DNA of 48,441 nucleotides. Source: an uncultured Solirubrobacteraceae bacterium. Lineage in GTDB: Bacteria; Actinomycetota; Thermoleophilia; Solirubrobacterales; Solirubrobacteraceae. The position numbers and the translations under genes were made by a program. The stretch is taken from assembly GCA_955652345.1 (NCBI GenBank), contig CATPBV010000112.1:1-48441 (forward strand), written 5' to 3'. The notes beneath the pieces were generated by a model, which saw only the letters and a program-made list of their open reading frames with translations, did no database searches and had not been told where the DNA came from. Each line of letters begins with the position of its first letter. Position 1 is the stretch's first letter. Of this stretch, positions 17,964 to 27,974 are shown piece after piece.

Positions 17964-19379
17964 GTGCCACGCCTCGCCTCGATCATCGCCGTCCTGGTCG
18001 CGATGCTCTGCGCCGGCTGCGCAAGCACCGCCACCGCCACCGCCACCGCCACCGCCACCGCCACCGCCGCCTCGCCGGGCGAGCCGACGCCGCCCCACGG
18101 CGGGGTCACGATCTACGTCGACGCCACGCGCGGCAACGATAGGGCTCCGGGAACGCGGGCCCGCCCTGTTCGCACAGTGACGGCCGCCTGGAACCGGATC
18201 CCGCAGGCGCACGCGCTCCGCCATCCGTACACGATCGTCCTGTTTCCAGGGCGATGGAGTGCTGCCGACACTCCCAACTACTGGCAGTCGCGCTGGGGTA
18301 GCCCGCGGGCCGAGGTCACGCTGCGGGCGGCATCGCCGGGGACGGCGACGCTGCCTGCGGTGAACATGTTCGACGTCCGCTGGCTGCTGATCGACGGCGT
18401 CCGCTTCAGCGACCAGTTCGACCTGTTCCACTGCGAGCGGTGCACCCACATGCTGATCGAGCACTCGCGCTTCGACGGCTCCCAGCAGCTGCTCGACGCG
18501 GTCAAGTTCAACCAGTCGACGTGGATCTTCCTGCGCCACGACAGGATCACCGGCGCCTCGCAGAATCCCCTCCAGTTCGTAGCCGTCCAGCACGGCGCGG
18601 TCACGGACACCGAGTTCGCCGACGGCGGTGACTGGTGCGCGTACTTCAAGGGCGGTTCGGCCGACCTCCTGATCGCCCGCAACCGCGTCCACGACTGCGG
18701 CACCGGCGGGCTGCTCGCGGGCCAGGGGTCCGGGCTCCAATTCATGGTGCCGCCGTTCTTCCGCTACGAGGCTTACCGGATCGTGATCGCCCAGAACTGG
18801 GTCTGGAGGACCCGGGGGGCAGGCATCGGCGTCAACGGCGGGATGCAGGTCGCGCTCGTCGACAACCGGTTGTGGGACACCGGGTCGGCGTCGCACGCGG
18901 TCGAGATCGACTACGGGCTGCGCAGTTGCGACGGCCACCCAGGAGACCCGGGACGCCAGCTCTGCAGCCAGTATCTCGCGCTGGGCGCCTGGGGGACCAC
19001 CCGTGTCGACGACGGCAGCAACGAGGTCAGGATCCCCAACCTCGACGTCACCGTGGCCGGCAACGTGATCGCCAACTCGCGCGTTCAGGGCGATGAGCTG
19101 ATGGACATCGCCGCGCCGTTCAGCGGTCCCGACCAGGCGGGCTCGGGGCTCGGCGCCGTCCGGGCCGACGACGGCCTGCGGGTCTTCGACAACCTGTTTG
19201 CGGTCGGTCGCGGGCTCCCCAACGGGACGGGCAACTGCCGGGTGTCCGATTGCCGGCATCTGCGGGGCGTCAACACCGTGATGGGGCCGAGCGATCCGTT
19301 CGTCAACGCGGCGACAGGGGATCTTGCCCTGCGCCGGGCCTGGCGCGGCGTGCCGGTGCCCGGCTACTGGCGCGGATAG
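17964..19379 (+). CDS. Lipoprotein with right-handed parallel beta-helix domain
   Basis: LCAGC lipobox, (TA)7 linker, IYVDATRGND..PGT..RP.RTV, repeated I..N.V/I strands. Confidence 0.75.
   Translation: MPRLASIIAVLVAMLCAGCASTATATATATATATAASPGEPTPPHGGVTIYVDATRGNDRAPGTRARPVRTVTAAWNRIPQAHALRHPYTIVLFPGRWSAADTPNYWQSRWGSPRAEVTLRAASPGTATLPAVNMFDVRWLLIDGVRFSDQFDLFHCERCTHMLIEHSRFDGSQQLLDAVKFNQSTWIFLRHDRITGASQNPLQFVAVQHGAVTDTEFADGGDWCAYFKGGSADLLIARNRVHDCGTGGLLAGQGSGLQFMVPPFFRYEAYRIVIAQNWVWRTRGAGIGVNGGMQVALVDNRLWDTGSASHAVEIDYGLRSCDGHPGDPGRQLCSQYLALGAWGTTRVDDGSNEVRIPNLDVTVAGNVIANSRVQGDELMDIAAPFSGPDQAGSGLGAVRADDGLRVFDNLFAVGRGLPNGTGNCRVSDCRHLRGVNTVMGPSDPFVNAATGDLALRRAWRGVPVPGYWRG
18027..18068 (+). repeat. 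(ACCGCC)7 in-frame tandem repeat
   Basis: Seven perfect hexamers encoding (TA)7. Confidence 0.95.
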
Positions 19380-19431
19380 CGCCTGCCGCCGCGGGGTTCG
19401 CCGAGATCAGCTCGATGGCAACCTAAGGGAC

Positions 19432-20904
19432 GTGAACTTCGCACGCGATGTGGTCGACGCGGCGCCTGCTGCCCGCCGTGCCATGGTCTCGATCTCACGC
19501 CAGGGAGAGCGCCGGGAGTGGAGCTTCGGCGAGGTGGCGGACCAGACCGCGCGCCTCGCGGGCACGATGCGACGGCACGGAGTCGGCCGGGGAGACGTGG
19601 TGCTGACGCTGATCGGCAACCGTCCGGAGTGGGTATTCGCGATGGTGGGGTGCTTTCGCATCGGCGCTGTCGCCTTGGCGTGCAACGAGCAGCTGCGCGC
19701 GGGCGATCTGCGCCACCGGATCGACGCCGCCGGACCGAAGCTGATCGTGGCCGACGAGCACGACCTCGCCGAGCTGGCGGCGGCCGGGCCGAACTGTCCG
19801 GTGCTGAGCGTGCCGGACCGAGCGCTGTTCGCCTCTGAGCCTGCGGAGGCCGTCGAGCTCTCGCCGAGCGACCCGTGTCTGATCACGTTCACGAGCGGCA
19901 CCACTGGCGAGCCGAAGGGCGTCGTCCACGGCCAGCGCTACCTCCCCGGCCAGCGCCTGCAGGCGACCAGCTGGCTCGGCGCCGAAGAGGGCGACCTCGT
20001 GTGGTGCACCGCCGCCAGCGGGTGGTCGAAGTCCGCGCGAAACGCGTTCATCGCGCCATGGCTCCAGGGCGCCGCCGCGCTACTGCACGACGCCCGCTTC
20101 GACCCCGCGCAGCGCCTGGAGATACTCGCCTCGGAGCGGGTCAACATCCTGTGCATGGCGCCGACCGAGTACCGCGTGATCGCCAAGCGGACCCCGCTCG
20201 CGCCGATGCCGGCGATGCGCTCGCTCGTCGCCGCCGGCGAGGCGCTCAACCCAGAGATCCTGCGGGCGTTCGATGAGTCGACCGGACTCGAGATCCGCGA
20301 CGGCTACGGGCAGACCGAGACCGGCCAGCTAACGGGGATGCCGATTGGCGAGCCGGCAAGACCGGGCTCGATGGGCCGTGCGCTGCCGGGGATCGACCTG
20401 CAGGTGCGCGAGGGGGAGCTCGTCCTGGCCGACCCGGGCACCGACCCCACTTTCTTCATCGGCAACCTGGACGGCCGCCCAGCGCCGCTGGGCGAGCCGT
20501 GGCACACCGGCGACCGGGTCAGGCGAGACGCCGACGGATACCTGTACTTCGAAGGTCGGACGGACGACGTGATCATCTCCGCCGGATATCGGATCGGACC
20601 ATTCGAGGTCGAGTCGGCGCTCGTGTCCCACAGCTCAGTGGCCGAGGCGGCGGTCGTCGGCGTGCCCGACGACGAGCGCGGCTCGCTGGTCAGGGCCGTC
20701 GTCGTGCTGCGGGAGGGGTACGCCCCGAGCGACGACCTCGCCCGCGAGCTTCAGGAGCACGTCAGAGCTCAGACCGCCCCATACAAGTACCCGCGAATCG
20801 TCGAGTTCGCCTCCGAGCTGCCGAAGACGGCGAGTGGAAAGGTGCAGCGCGCGCTGTTGCGAGCGGAGCCGCCGGCGCCGCTACGCTGGAATCATGAGCG
20901 CTGA
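19432..20904 (+). CDS. AMP-binding acyl-CoA synthetase
   Basis: FTSGTTGEPKG, DGYGQTET, HTGD, FEGRTDDVIISAGYRIGPFEVES, LPKTASGK. Confidence 0.93.
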   Translation: MNFARDVVDAAPAARRAMVSISRQGERREWSFGEVADQTARLAGTMRRHGVGRGDVVLTLIGNRPEWVFAMVGCFRIGAVALACNEQLRAGDLRHRIDAAGPKLIVADEHDLAELAAAGPNCPVLSVPDRALFASEPAEAVELSPSDPCLITFTSGTTGEPKGVVHGQRYLPGQRLQATSWLGAEEGDLVWCTAASGWSKSARNAFIAPWLQGAAALLHDARFDPAQRLEILASERVNILCMAPTEYRVIAKRTPLAPMPAMRSLVAAGEALNPEILRAFDESTGLEIRDGYGQTETGQLTGMPIGEPARPGSMGRALPGIDLQVREGELVLADPGTDPTFFIGNLDGRPAPLGEPWHTGDRVRRDADGYLYFEGRTDDVIISAGYRIGPFEVESALVSHSSVAEAAVVGVPDDERGSLVRAVVVLREGYAPSDDLARELQEHVRAQTAPYKYPRIVEFASELPKTASGKVQRALLRAEPPAPLRWNHER

Positions 20905-21733
20905 TGGGACGTCGATGAACGACGGCGACGGGCGGCCGGTGAACGATCGCGACGGGCGGTCCGCAGGCGACGACGAAGGGCGGCCCGTAGTCGGAATCTG
21001 TACCAGCCTGACCAACGCCCGGTGGGGGGTCTGGAACCAGCGCGCCGCGCTGCTGGCTTTCGGCTACATAGCGGCGATCCAGCGGGCTGGAGGTCTGGCC
21101 GTGATGATCCCCCCCGACGTTCGGCTCGAGCAGGATCCCGACGAGATGCTCGATCTGATCGACGGGTTGATCCTGGCGGGTGGCGAGGACGTCGACCCGG
21201 CCGCGTATGGCGCCGGGCGCCACCCCATGACCAGGCACACGGTCCCCGAGCGCGACCGGGTTGAGCTAGCGCTCTCCCGTCGCGCGATCGAGCGCGACAT
21301 TCCGGTGCTCGGGATCTGCCGAGGGATGCAGCTGATGAACGTCGCGCTCGGCGGAACGCTGCACCAGCATCTGCCCGACGAGGTCGGCCACGAAGACCAC
21401 CGGCGATTTCCCGGGAGCTTCGACGGCGCCGATCACGACGTGCGCCTGCGCGACGGATCGCTGGCCGCCCGGGCGGCCGGCGAGGAGCTGCACGGCACCA
21501 AGTCGCACCATCACCAGGGAATCGACGAGGTCGGCGACGGGCTCGAGGTGAGCGGCTATTCCACGCTCGACGACCTGCCCGAAGCAATCGAAGCGCCGGA
21601 GCGCCGGTTCGTCCTAGGCGTCCAGTGGCATCCGGAGGCCGACCAGAGCAGCCGCGTGGTCGAGGCGCTCGTCCGCGAGGCCGCCGCCTATCGCAGCGCT
21701 CGCATCCAGGCGCTCCCGGAGACGGCGGGCTAG
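20894..21733 (+). CDS. Gamma-glutamyl-gamma-aminobutyrate hydrolase family (peptidase C26, PuuD-like)
   Basis: DGLILAGGEDVDP..YG, PVLGICRGMQ, SHHHQGI, GVQWHPE. Confidence 0.9.
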   Translation: MSADGTSMNDGDGRPVNDRDGRSAGDDEGRPVVGICTSLTNARWGVWNQRAALLAFGYIAAIQRAGGLAVMIPPDVRLEQDPDEMLDLIDGLILAGGEDVDPAAYGAGRHPMTRHTVPERDRVELALSRRAIERDIPVLGICRGMQLMNVALGGTLHQHLPDEVGHEDHRRFPGSFDGADHDVRLRDGSLAARAAGEELHGTKSHHHQGIDEVGDGLEVSGYSTLDDLPEAIEAPERRFVLGVQWHPEADQSSRVVEALVREAAAYRSARIQALPETAG

Positions 21734-22968
21734 CGCAGCACTCGCGGCTCGGAGTAGCCCGCCTCGCGGACCGCCCGCGCGACCTCCTCGGCATGGGCCT
21801 GCCCGCGCGTCTGGAGCACAAGCTGCACGGCGCTCTCGCGCACGTGCAGGTCGAATCCCTCGCGGATGTGCTCCACATCGACGAGGTTCGCGCGATGCTC
21901 GCCCACGACCGAGAGCAGTCCGGCGAGCGCGCCCGGGCGATCCGGCAAGCTCGCAAGCAGCACAAGACGCCTCCCGGCCTGGCTCTCGTGGTGACGGGTG
22001 ATGTCGGCAAGGAGCCCGGCGTCGACGTTGCCGCCGGACAGCACGACCACGGTGGTGCCCTCGCCGCGCGGGATCACCTTTCCACCTAGCAACGCAGCGA
22101 CGCCGACCGCCCCCGCGCCCTCCACGACGAGCTTCGCTCGCTCGAGCAGGAACACCATCGCCTCCGCGACGTCGTCCTCCGAAACGACGGCGATCTGGTC
22201 GACCCAGCGCTCGACAAGACCGTATGTCAGTCCTCCCGGCTGCTTCACCGCGATCCCGTCGGCGATTGTCAGCGACGGGGCCACCGCGACCGGCGCTCCG
22301 GCCTCGAGCGAGCGCGGATACGGGGCGAAGCTCTCGACTTGGACGCCGATCACCTCGACCTCGGGCCGGTGGGACTTGAGCGCGATCGCGAGACCGCTTG
22401 CCAGGCCGCCGCCCCCGACCGGCACGATCGCAGCCGTGATGTCCGGCACCTGGGCGAGCAGCTCCAGTCCCAGCGTTCCCTGTCCGGCGATCACGTCTGG
22501 ATCGTCGAACGGATGGACGAACGCGAGACCCTCCCGGATCGCGCACTCCCGTGCGGCGGTGAGCGAGTCCTCGACGGTCACACCGACCAGGTGCACCTGG
22601 GCGCCGAGCTCGGTGGCGGCCTCGACCTTCGCGATCGCGGCCGCCTCCGGCATGTACACCACGCAACGCACCCGGCGCGCCCGCGCGGCGTAAGCCAGGG
22701 CCTGGGCGTGGTTACCCGCGCTCGCGGTCACCACGCCGTCCGCGCACGCGTCTCCAAGGGCGGCGATCTTAGCCAGGCCGCCCCGAAGCTTGAAGGAGCC
22801 AGTTCGCTGGAGGTTCTCCGCCTTCAGCGCGACGGTCACGCCGGTGCGCTTGCTGAGCGTGCTCGAACTGAGCACGGGCGTCTCGCGTACCACGCCCGCT
22901 CCCGCCTCCGCCGCCCGCTCGATGTCTGCGAGCGAGACCGCGTCGCCCCGGCGCGGATGCTTTCTCAG
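21730..22968 (-). CDS. ilvA: Threonine ammonia-lyase with C-terminal ACT domain
   Basis: LKAENLQRTGSFKLRG, SAGNHAQ, HPFDD..VIAGQGT, PVGGGGL, SGGNVD, LPDRPGAL; start uncertain. Confidence 0.9.
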   Translation of the reverse strand: MRKHPRRGDAVSLADIERAAEAGAGVVRETPVLSSSTLSKRTGVTVALKAENLQRTGSFKLRGGLAKIAALGDACADGVVTASAGNHAQALAYAARARRVRCVVYMPEAAAIAKVEAATELGAQVHLVGVTVEDSLTAARECAIREGLAFVHPFDDPDVIAGQGTLGLELLAQVPDITAAIVPVGGGGLASGLAIALKSHRPEVEVIGVQVESFAPYPRSLEAGAPVAVAPSLTIADGIAVKQPGGLTYGLVERWVDQIAVVSEDDVAEAMVFLLERAKLVVEGAGAVGVAALLGGKVIPRGEGTTVVVLSGGNVDAGLLADITRHHESQAGRRLVLLASLPDRPGALAGLLSVVGEHRANLVDVEHIREGFDLHVRESAVQLVLQTRGQAHAEEVARAVREAGYSEPRVLR

Positions 22969-23354
22969 GGCAGCGCCACCACGGCGTCGATCTCGACCAT
23001 TGCCCCTCTCGGCAGCGCCGCGACGCCGATCGCGACCCGGGCCGGTGGATCTGACTCGAAGAACGACTCGTACACCTCGTTGACCTCCGCGAACGAGGTC
23101 ATGTCGGTCAGGTAGACCGTCATCCGGACTGCGTCGCCGAGCGTGGCGCCCGCGGCGTGGCACACGGCCGCGAGGTTCTCGAGACAGCGCCCCGCCTGGG
23201 CGCCCGGCGTTGCCCCGACGATGTCCCCGGTCCGGGGATCGAGCGGGATCTGGCCGGAGCAGAACAGGAGGCTGCCCGCGCGCATCGCATGAACGTACGG
23301 ACCAACCGCCGCGGGAGCGTCCGGCGCGCTTACCGACTCACGATGTGCTGACAA
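22965..23354 (-). CDS. ridA: RidA/YjgF family enamine deaminase
   Basis: GAGGAGG RBS + TTG; APAAVGPY, SGQIPLDP, NEVY..FF..DPPARV..GVAALPRGAMVEID. Confidence 0.9.
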   Translation of the reverse strand: MSAHRESVSAPDAPAAVGPYVHAMRAGSLLFCSGQIPLDPRTGDIVGATPGAQAGRCLENLAAVCHAAGATLGDAVRMTVYLTDMTSFAEVNEVYESFFESDPPARVAIGVAALPRGAMVEIDAVVALP

Positions 23355-23442
23355 CTGATCTCCTCCTCGTCGCGCAGTCGCACAAGCGTATTGGCCATGC
23401 TCGCGCAGCGGTAGCCCGCCTGAGGCCGGGTAGCCTGCTCTT

Positions 23443-25437
23443 GTGCCAAATCGCCTCGCCGCGGAGAGCTCGCCGTACCTACTCCAGCACAAGGACAATC
23501 CGGTCGACTGGCATGCGTGGGGCAATGAGGCGCTCGAGCGCTCGCACGCCGAGCAGAAGCCGCTGCTGGTCTCGATTGGCTATTCGGCCTGTCACTGGTG
23601 CCACGTGATGGAGCGGGAGTCCTTCGAGGATCCGAACATCGCGACGCTGATGAACGATCACTTCGTGTGCATCAAGGTCGATCGCGAGGAGCGGCCCGAC
23701 GTCGACGCCGTCTGCATGGAGGCATGCCAGGCGATGACCGGTCATGGCGGCTGGCCGCTGAATGCGTTCCTGACCCCGGATCGCGTTCCGTTCTACGCCG
23801 GCACGTACTTCCCGCCCGAGTCAAGGAGCGGGATGCCGAGCTGGAGCATGGTGCTGGAGGCGGTGGCGAAGGCGTGGGCGGAGCGCCGCGGCGACGTCGT
23901 GCGCCAGGGGGAGACGCTGGCGCAGTCGCTGCGCGCCACGGCCGCGCTAGAGGCCTCGAAGGACCCGATCCGCGAGGCGGAGCTGTCCGAGGCAGTGTCG
24001 TCGCTCGCGACCCACTACGACCGCGCGAACGGGGGATTCGGCAGGGCTCCGAAGTTCCCGCAGGCGTCGGTGCTCGAGCTGCTGCTTGCGCGCGGCGAGG
24101 GCACGATGTCGCTCGCGACGCTCTCAGCAATGGCGCGTGGAGGGATCTACGACCAGGTCGGCGGCGGGTTCTCGCGGTACGCGGTCGACGCGACGTGGAC
24201 GGTCCCCCACTTCGAGAAGATGCTCTACGACAACGCGCTCCTGGCCCGTGCCTACCTCCACGGCTGGCTCCTCTCGCGAGACGAGCTGTTGCGCAGGGTG
24301 TGCTGTGAGACGCTCGATTGGGCGCTTCGCGAGATGCGGGGACCCGAGGGTGGGTTCTACTCGGCGCTCGACGCCGACTCGGAGGGCGTCGAGGGGAAGT
24401 TCTACGTGTGGACGACCGAACAGTTGCGGTCGGTCCTCGGCGCCGAGCTCGCGCAGGATGCAATCGCCCACTTCGGCGCGACCGAGCGAGGAAACTTCGA
24501 GCACGGACTCAACGTGCTCGAGGGCCGTGGACCAGAACCCGAAAGGCTCGCCGAGATCCGCGCCAAGCTGTACGAGGCGCGCTCTCAGCGCGTGCGTCCG
24601 GGCCTCGATGACAAGCGGCTGACGTCGTGGAACGCGCTGATGATCGCCGCACTTGCGGACGCTGGAGCGGTCCTTGGACGCCTGGACTATCTCGAGGCCG
24701 CTGGTGCTTGTGGGTCGTTTGTACTGGCCGAGCTTCGCGACGGCGACGGCCGACTGCTTCGCACCTGGAAGGACGGACGCGGACGGATCGCCGCATACCT
24801 CGAGGATCATGCGTTCCTGCTCGAAGCGATGCTGACGCTGTACGAGAGCACGTTCGATGCGCGCTGGTACGAGGAGGCGGTCGGCCTCGCGGAGGCGATG
24901 ATCGCGCTGTTCGCCGATCCTGAGCGCGGCGGGTTCTTCACCACGGCGCGGGACGGTCAGCAGCTGCCCGGGCGCCGCAAGGATCTCGAGGACTCGCCGA
25001 TCCCGTCGGGCAACTCGGCGGCGGCGTTCGGGCTCCTGCGCCTTGCGGCCCTGTCGGGCGAGAGCCGGTACGAACGCGAGGCGCTCGGGGTGCTCCGACT
25101 GATGCATCCGCTCGCGATGCGCCACCCGCTTGCGTTCGGCCACCTCCTACGAGCGATCGACTTCTACCTCGCGCCGGTGAAAGAGGTCGCAATCGTCGGA
25201 CCCGAGGCGGAGGCTCAGGCGCTCGCGCGGGTCGTGCGCAGCCAGCTCCGGCCTCATCTGGTGCTGGCGGGAGGGGCTGGGACTGCGGCGGCAGGAAGTG
25301 GCGTGGGTGCCGGCGACGGCGTCCCGCTGCTCGCCGGCAGGACCCCGCTCGATGGCCATGCGGCGGCCTACGTATGCGAGCACTTCGCCTGTCGTGCCCC
25401 GGTCACCAGCCCGGAGGAGCTGGCGGCCGCGCTGTAG
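23443..25437 (+). CDS. Thioredoxin-domain protein YyaL/SSP411 family
   Basis: [53 protein letters not shown]. Confidence 0.93.
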   Translation: MPNRLAAESSPYLLQHKDNPVDWHAWGNEALERSHAEQKPLLVSIGYSACHWCHVMERESFEDPNIATLMNDHFVCIKVDREERPDVDAVCMEACQAMTGHGGWPLNAFLTPDRVPFYAGTYFPPESRSGMPSWSMVLEAVAKAWAERRGDVVRQGETLAQSLRATAALEASKDPIREAELSEAVSSLATHYDRANGGFGRAPKFPQASVLELLLARGEGTMSLATLSAMARGGIYDQVGGGFSRYAVDATWTVPHFEKMLYDNALLARAYLHGWLLSRDELLRRVCCETLDWALREMRGPEGGFYSALDADSEGVEGKFYVWTTEQLRSVLGAELAQDAIAHFGATERGNFEHGLNVLEGRGPEPERLAEIRAKLYEARSQRVRPGLDDKRLTSWNALMIAALADAGAVLGRLDYLEAAGACGSFVLAELRDGDGRLLRTWKDGRGRIAAYLEDHAFLLEAMLTLYESTFDARWYEEAVGLAEAMIALFADPERGGFFTTARDGQQLPGRRKDLEDSPIPSGNSAAAFGLLRLAALSGESRYEREALGVLRLMHPLAMRHPLAFGHLLRAIDFYLAPVKEVAIVGPEAEAQALARVVRSQLRPHLVLAGGAGTAAAGSGVGAGDGVPLLAGRTPLDGHAAAYVCEHFACRAPVTSPEELAAAL

Positions 25438-25573
25438 CCGCTCAAATTACACAAAAACGACACATTCCTTCCCAAATCGGGTAGGGTGAGCGCGTCCCAG
25501 TGCCCGCACTGGAGCGTGGAGCGACGGGGGACCGCGTCGCCGCCGATACGACCTCCGCAGGAAAGGGATGTGT

Positions 25574-26446
25574 ATGCGAAGAAGGGTCTTGCCTTGGCTG
25601 TGCGGCGCAGTCGCGATGAGTGCAGCGCTACTGAGCCCCGCGGCGGCGTCCGCCGCATCGCAGACTTGCAAGGGAACCGTCGAGCATCCGGGGGTGTTGG
25701 CCGGCACCTACGCCGGTGACGTCCGAATCGAGGGCGTGTGCTTCGTCAACGCTGGCCCGGCTAAGGTCGAGGGCTCGTTGACCCTGCGGGACGGAGCTGT
25801 CCTCGTGGCAACGTTCGGGTTACACGACTCGAGCCTTAGCGTGAAGGGAAACATCCGCGTCGAGCGGGGCGCGACCGCGTTCCTGGGCTGTGAACCAGGA
25901 CACTCGACGTGTCTCGATGACCCCAACCCGAACAGCCCGACACTCTCGAGCGCTGATCACATCGGCGGGAATCTCACCGAGACGCAACCACTCGGCGTGA
26001 TCGTTCACGACAGCACGATCGGCGGCAGCGTGACCGAGGTTGGTGGGGGTGGCGGGTTCAACTGCACGCCGTCGGGAGTCTTCACGGTGTTCAAGTCGCC
26101 GGTCTACAGCGCCGTCGAGGACAGCACCGTCGGCGGCAGCCTGGTCGTCAGGGATCTGCACTCCTGCTGGCTAGGGGTGGCGCGGGTGCGCGTCGGCGGG
26201 AGCATGCGCTTCATCGACAACCACTTCGCCGATCCGGACGCGATCGAGATCCTCTCGAACCACGTCGGCGACGATCTCGCATGCTTCGGAAACAGCATGG
26301 TCTGGGACAGCGTCGAGACCAGCCAGACCGGAGCGACGTATCCACGCGCTCCGCAGCCGAACTCGGTCGAGGGCAAGCGCCTCGGCCAGTGCGTGCTGGC
26401 GAGCCCGCCGACGGACTCGAGCCCGCCGGGCCCCGGGCCGTTCTAG
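25574..26446 (+). CDS. Hypothetical secreted protein, Cys-containing, beta-rich
   Basis: Signal peptide MRRRVLPWL...AAASAA; repeated IGG/VGG strands. Confidence 0.7.
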   Translation: MRRRVLPWLCGAVAMSAALLSPAAASAASQTCKGTVEHPGVLAGTYAGDVRIEGVCFVNAGPAKVEGSLTLRDGAVLVATFGLHDSSLSVKGNIRVERGATAFLGCEPGHSTCLDDPNPNSPTLSSADHIGGNLTETQPLGVIVHDSTIGGSVTEVGGGGGFNCTPSGVFTVFKSPVYSAVEDSTVGGSLVVRDLHSCWLGVARVRVGGSMRFIDNHFADPDAIEILSNHVGDDLACFGNSMVWDSVETSQTGATYPRAPQPNSVEGKRLGQCVLASPPTDSSPPGPGPF

Positions 26447-26472
26447 CCGAACAAACGTAGGGGTCGCGATGT

Positions 26473-26514
26473 AGACCCCCGGTCTCCTCCGCCCACCGGA
26501 GAGACCGGGGGTCT
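26473..26514. terminator. Bidirectional hairpin between convergent genes
   Basis: AGACCCCCGGTCTC (26473-26486) / GAGACCGGGGGTCT (26501-26514), perfect 14-bp arms. Confidence 0.8.
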
Positions 26515-26527
26515 CATCCGAGCTTGG

Positions 26528-27877
26528 TTACAGCACCGGCAGGTAGCGCTCGAGCTCCCAGGGCGTCACCTGCACGCGGTAGTCCTCCCACTCCTGGCGC
26601 TTGATCTCGATGTAGCGGTTGAACATGTGCTCGCCGAGCGCCCGGAGCACGAGCTCCGATTCGGCGGTGAGCTCGATCGCCTCGCCGAGAGTCTCGGGAA
26701 GCTGCTCGATCCCCAGGCGCCGGCGCTCGTCGGGAGCGAGGTGGTAGAGGTTCTTCTCCATCGGATCGGGCAGCTCGTAGCCGTGCTCGATCCCCTCGAG
26801 CCCGGCGTGCAGGAGGACCGCGAAGGTCAGGTACGGATTGCACGCCGGGTCGGGACACCGGAGCTCGCAGCGGGTGGTCCGCTCCCGGCCGGGGTGATAG
26901 AGGGGCACCCGCACGAGCGCCGAGCGGTTGCGGCGCGACCACGCGACGTACACGGGCGCCTCGTAGCCCGGGACCAGCCGCTTGTAGGAGTTGACCCACT
27001 GGGCGAAGATCGAGCAGATCTCACGCGCGTGCCGGAGCTGTCCGGCGATGAACGCCTTCCCGATGTCCGAGAGGAAGAACTCATCGTCCGGGTCGTAGAA
27101 AGCGTTGCGCTCGCCCTTGAACAGCGACTGGTGTGTGTGCATCCCGGAGCCGTTCTCGCCGAACAGAGGCTTCGGCATGAAGGTCGCGTGAAGTCCGTAC
27201 TTCATCGCGTACTCCTTGACCGTGATCCGGTAGGTCATGCAGTCGTCGGCCATCTTCAGGGCATCGGCGTAGCGCATGTCGATCTCGTGCTGGCTCGGGC
27301 CGACCTCGTGATGGGTGTACTCGGTATGGATCCCGAGCTGCTCGAGCGCGAGCACCGTCTCGCGCCTGAGATCCGACCCGGCGTCGAGTGTGGTCAGGTC
27401 GAAGTAGCCCCCCTTGTCGAGCACCTCCGTCGACTTGGAGTCGCGGAAGTAGAAGTACTCGAGCTCGGGTCCGACGTAGTAGTGGTCGAATCCCATCTCG
27501 CCGGCGCGATCGAGCGCCCTGCGCAGGACGTGCCTCGGGTCTCCTTCGTACGGCGTGCGCTCCGGAGTGATGATGTCGCAGAACATCCGCGCGACGCCCG
27601 CGCCCGCGTCCTGTGGACGCCACGGAAGCACCGCAAACGTCGCCGGGTCGGGGCTCGCAATCATGTCCGACTCCTCGATCGCGTTGAAGCCGGTGATCGA
27701 CGAGCCGTCGAAGCCCATACCTCCTTCGAACGCTTCGCCAAGCTCCGTGGCGTTGATCGAGAACGCTTTCAGCTGGCCGAGGATGTCCGTAAACCACAGC
27801 CTGATGAAGCGGATCTCTCGCTCCTCAACAAGGGAGGAGACGTCCTCTGCGGTCAGCGGGCGCGGCACGGTGCTCAT
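26528..27877 (-). CDS. glnA: Type I glutamine synthetase family protein
   Basis: FDGSSITGF, VGPELEYF, HHEVGPSQHEID, TFMPKP..NGSGMHTH, NSYKRLVPGYEAP, NRSALVRVP, ELRCPDPACNPY. Confidence 0.92.
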   Translation of the reverse strand: MSTVPRPLTAEDVSSLVEEREIRFIRLWFTDILGQLKAFSINATELGEAFEGGMGFDGSSITGFNAIEESDMIASPDPATFAVLPWRPQDAGAGVARMFCDIITPERTPYEGDPRHVLRRALDRAGEMGFDHYYVGPELEYFYFRDSKSTEVLDKGGYFDLTTLDAGSDLRRETVLALEQLGIHTEYTHHEVGPSQHEIDMRYADALKMADDCMTYRITVKEYAMKYGLHATFMPKPLFGENGSGMHTHQSLFKGERNAFYDPDDEFFLSDIGKAFIAGQLRHAREICSIFAQWVNSYKRLVPGYEAPVYVAWSRRNRSALVRVPLYHPGRERTTRCELRCPDPACNPYLTFAVLLHAGLEGIEHGYELPDPMEKNLYHLAPDERRRLGIEQLPETLGEAIELTAESELVLRALGEHMFNRYIEIKRQEWEDYRVQVTPWELERYLPVL

Positions 27878-27974
27878 CGGGCGGCGAACGTTACTTGCTT
27901 GCGGGCGGTCGGACCGGTGCCTATCGTGCTCGGCGATGACCGTGACGAGACACGGGCCCGGACGTACTACGGGC

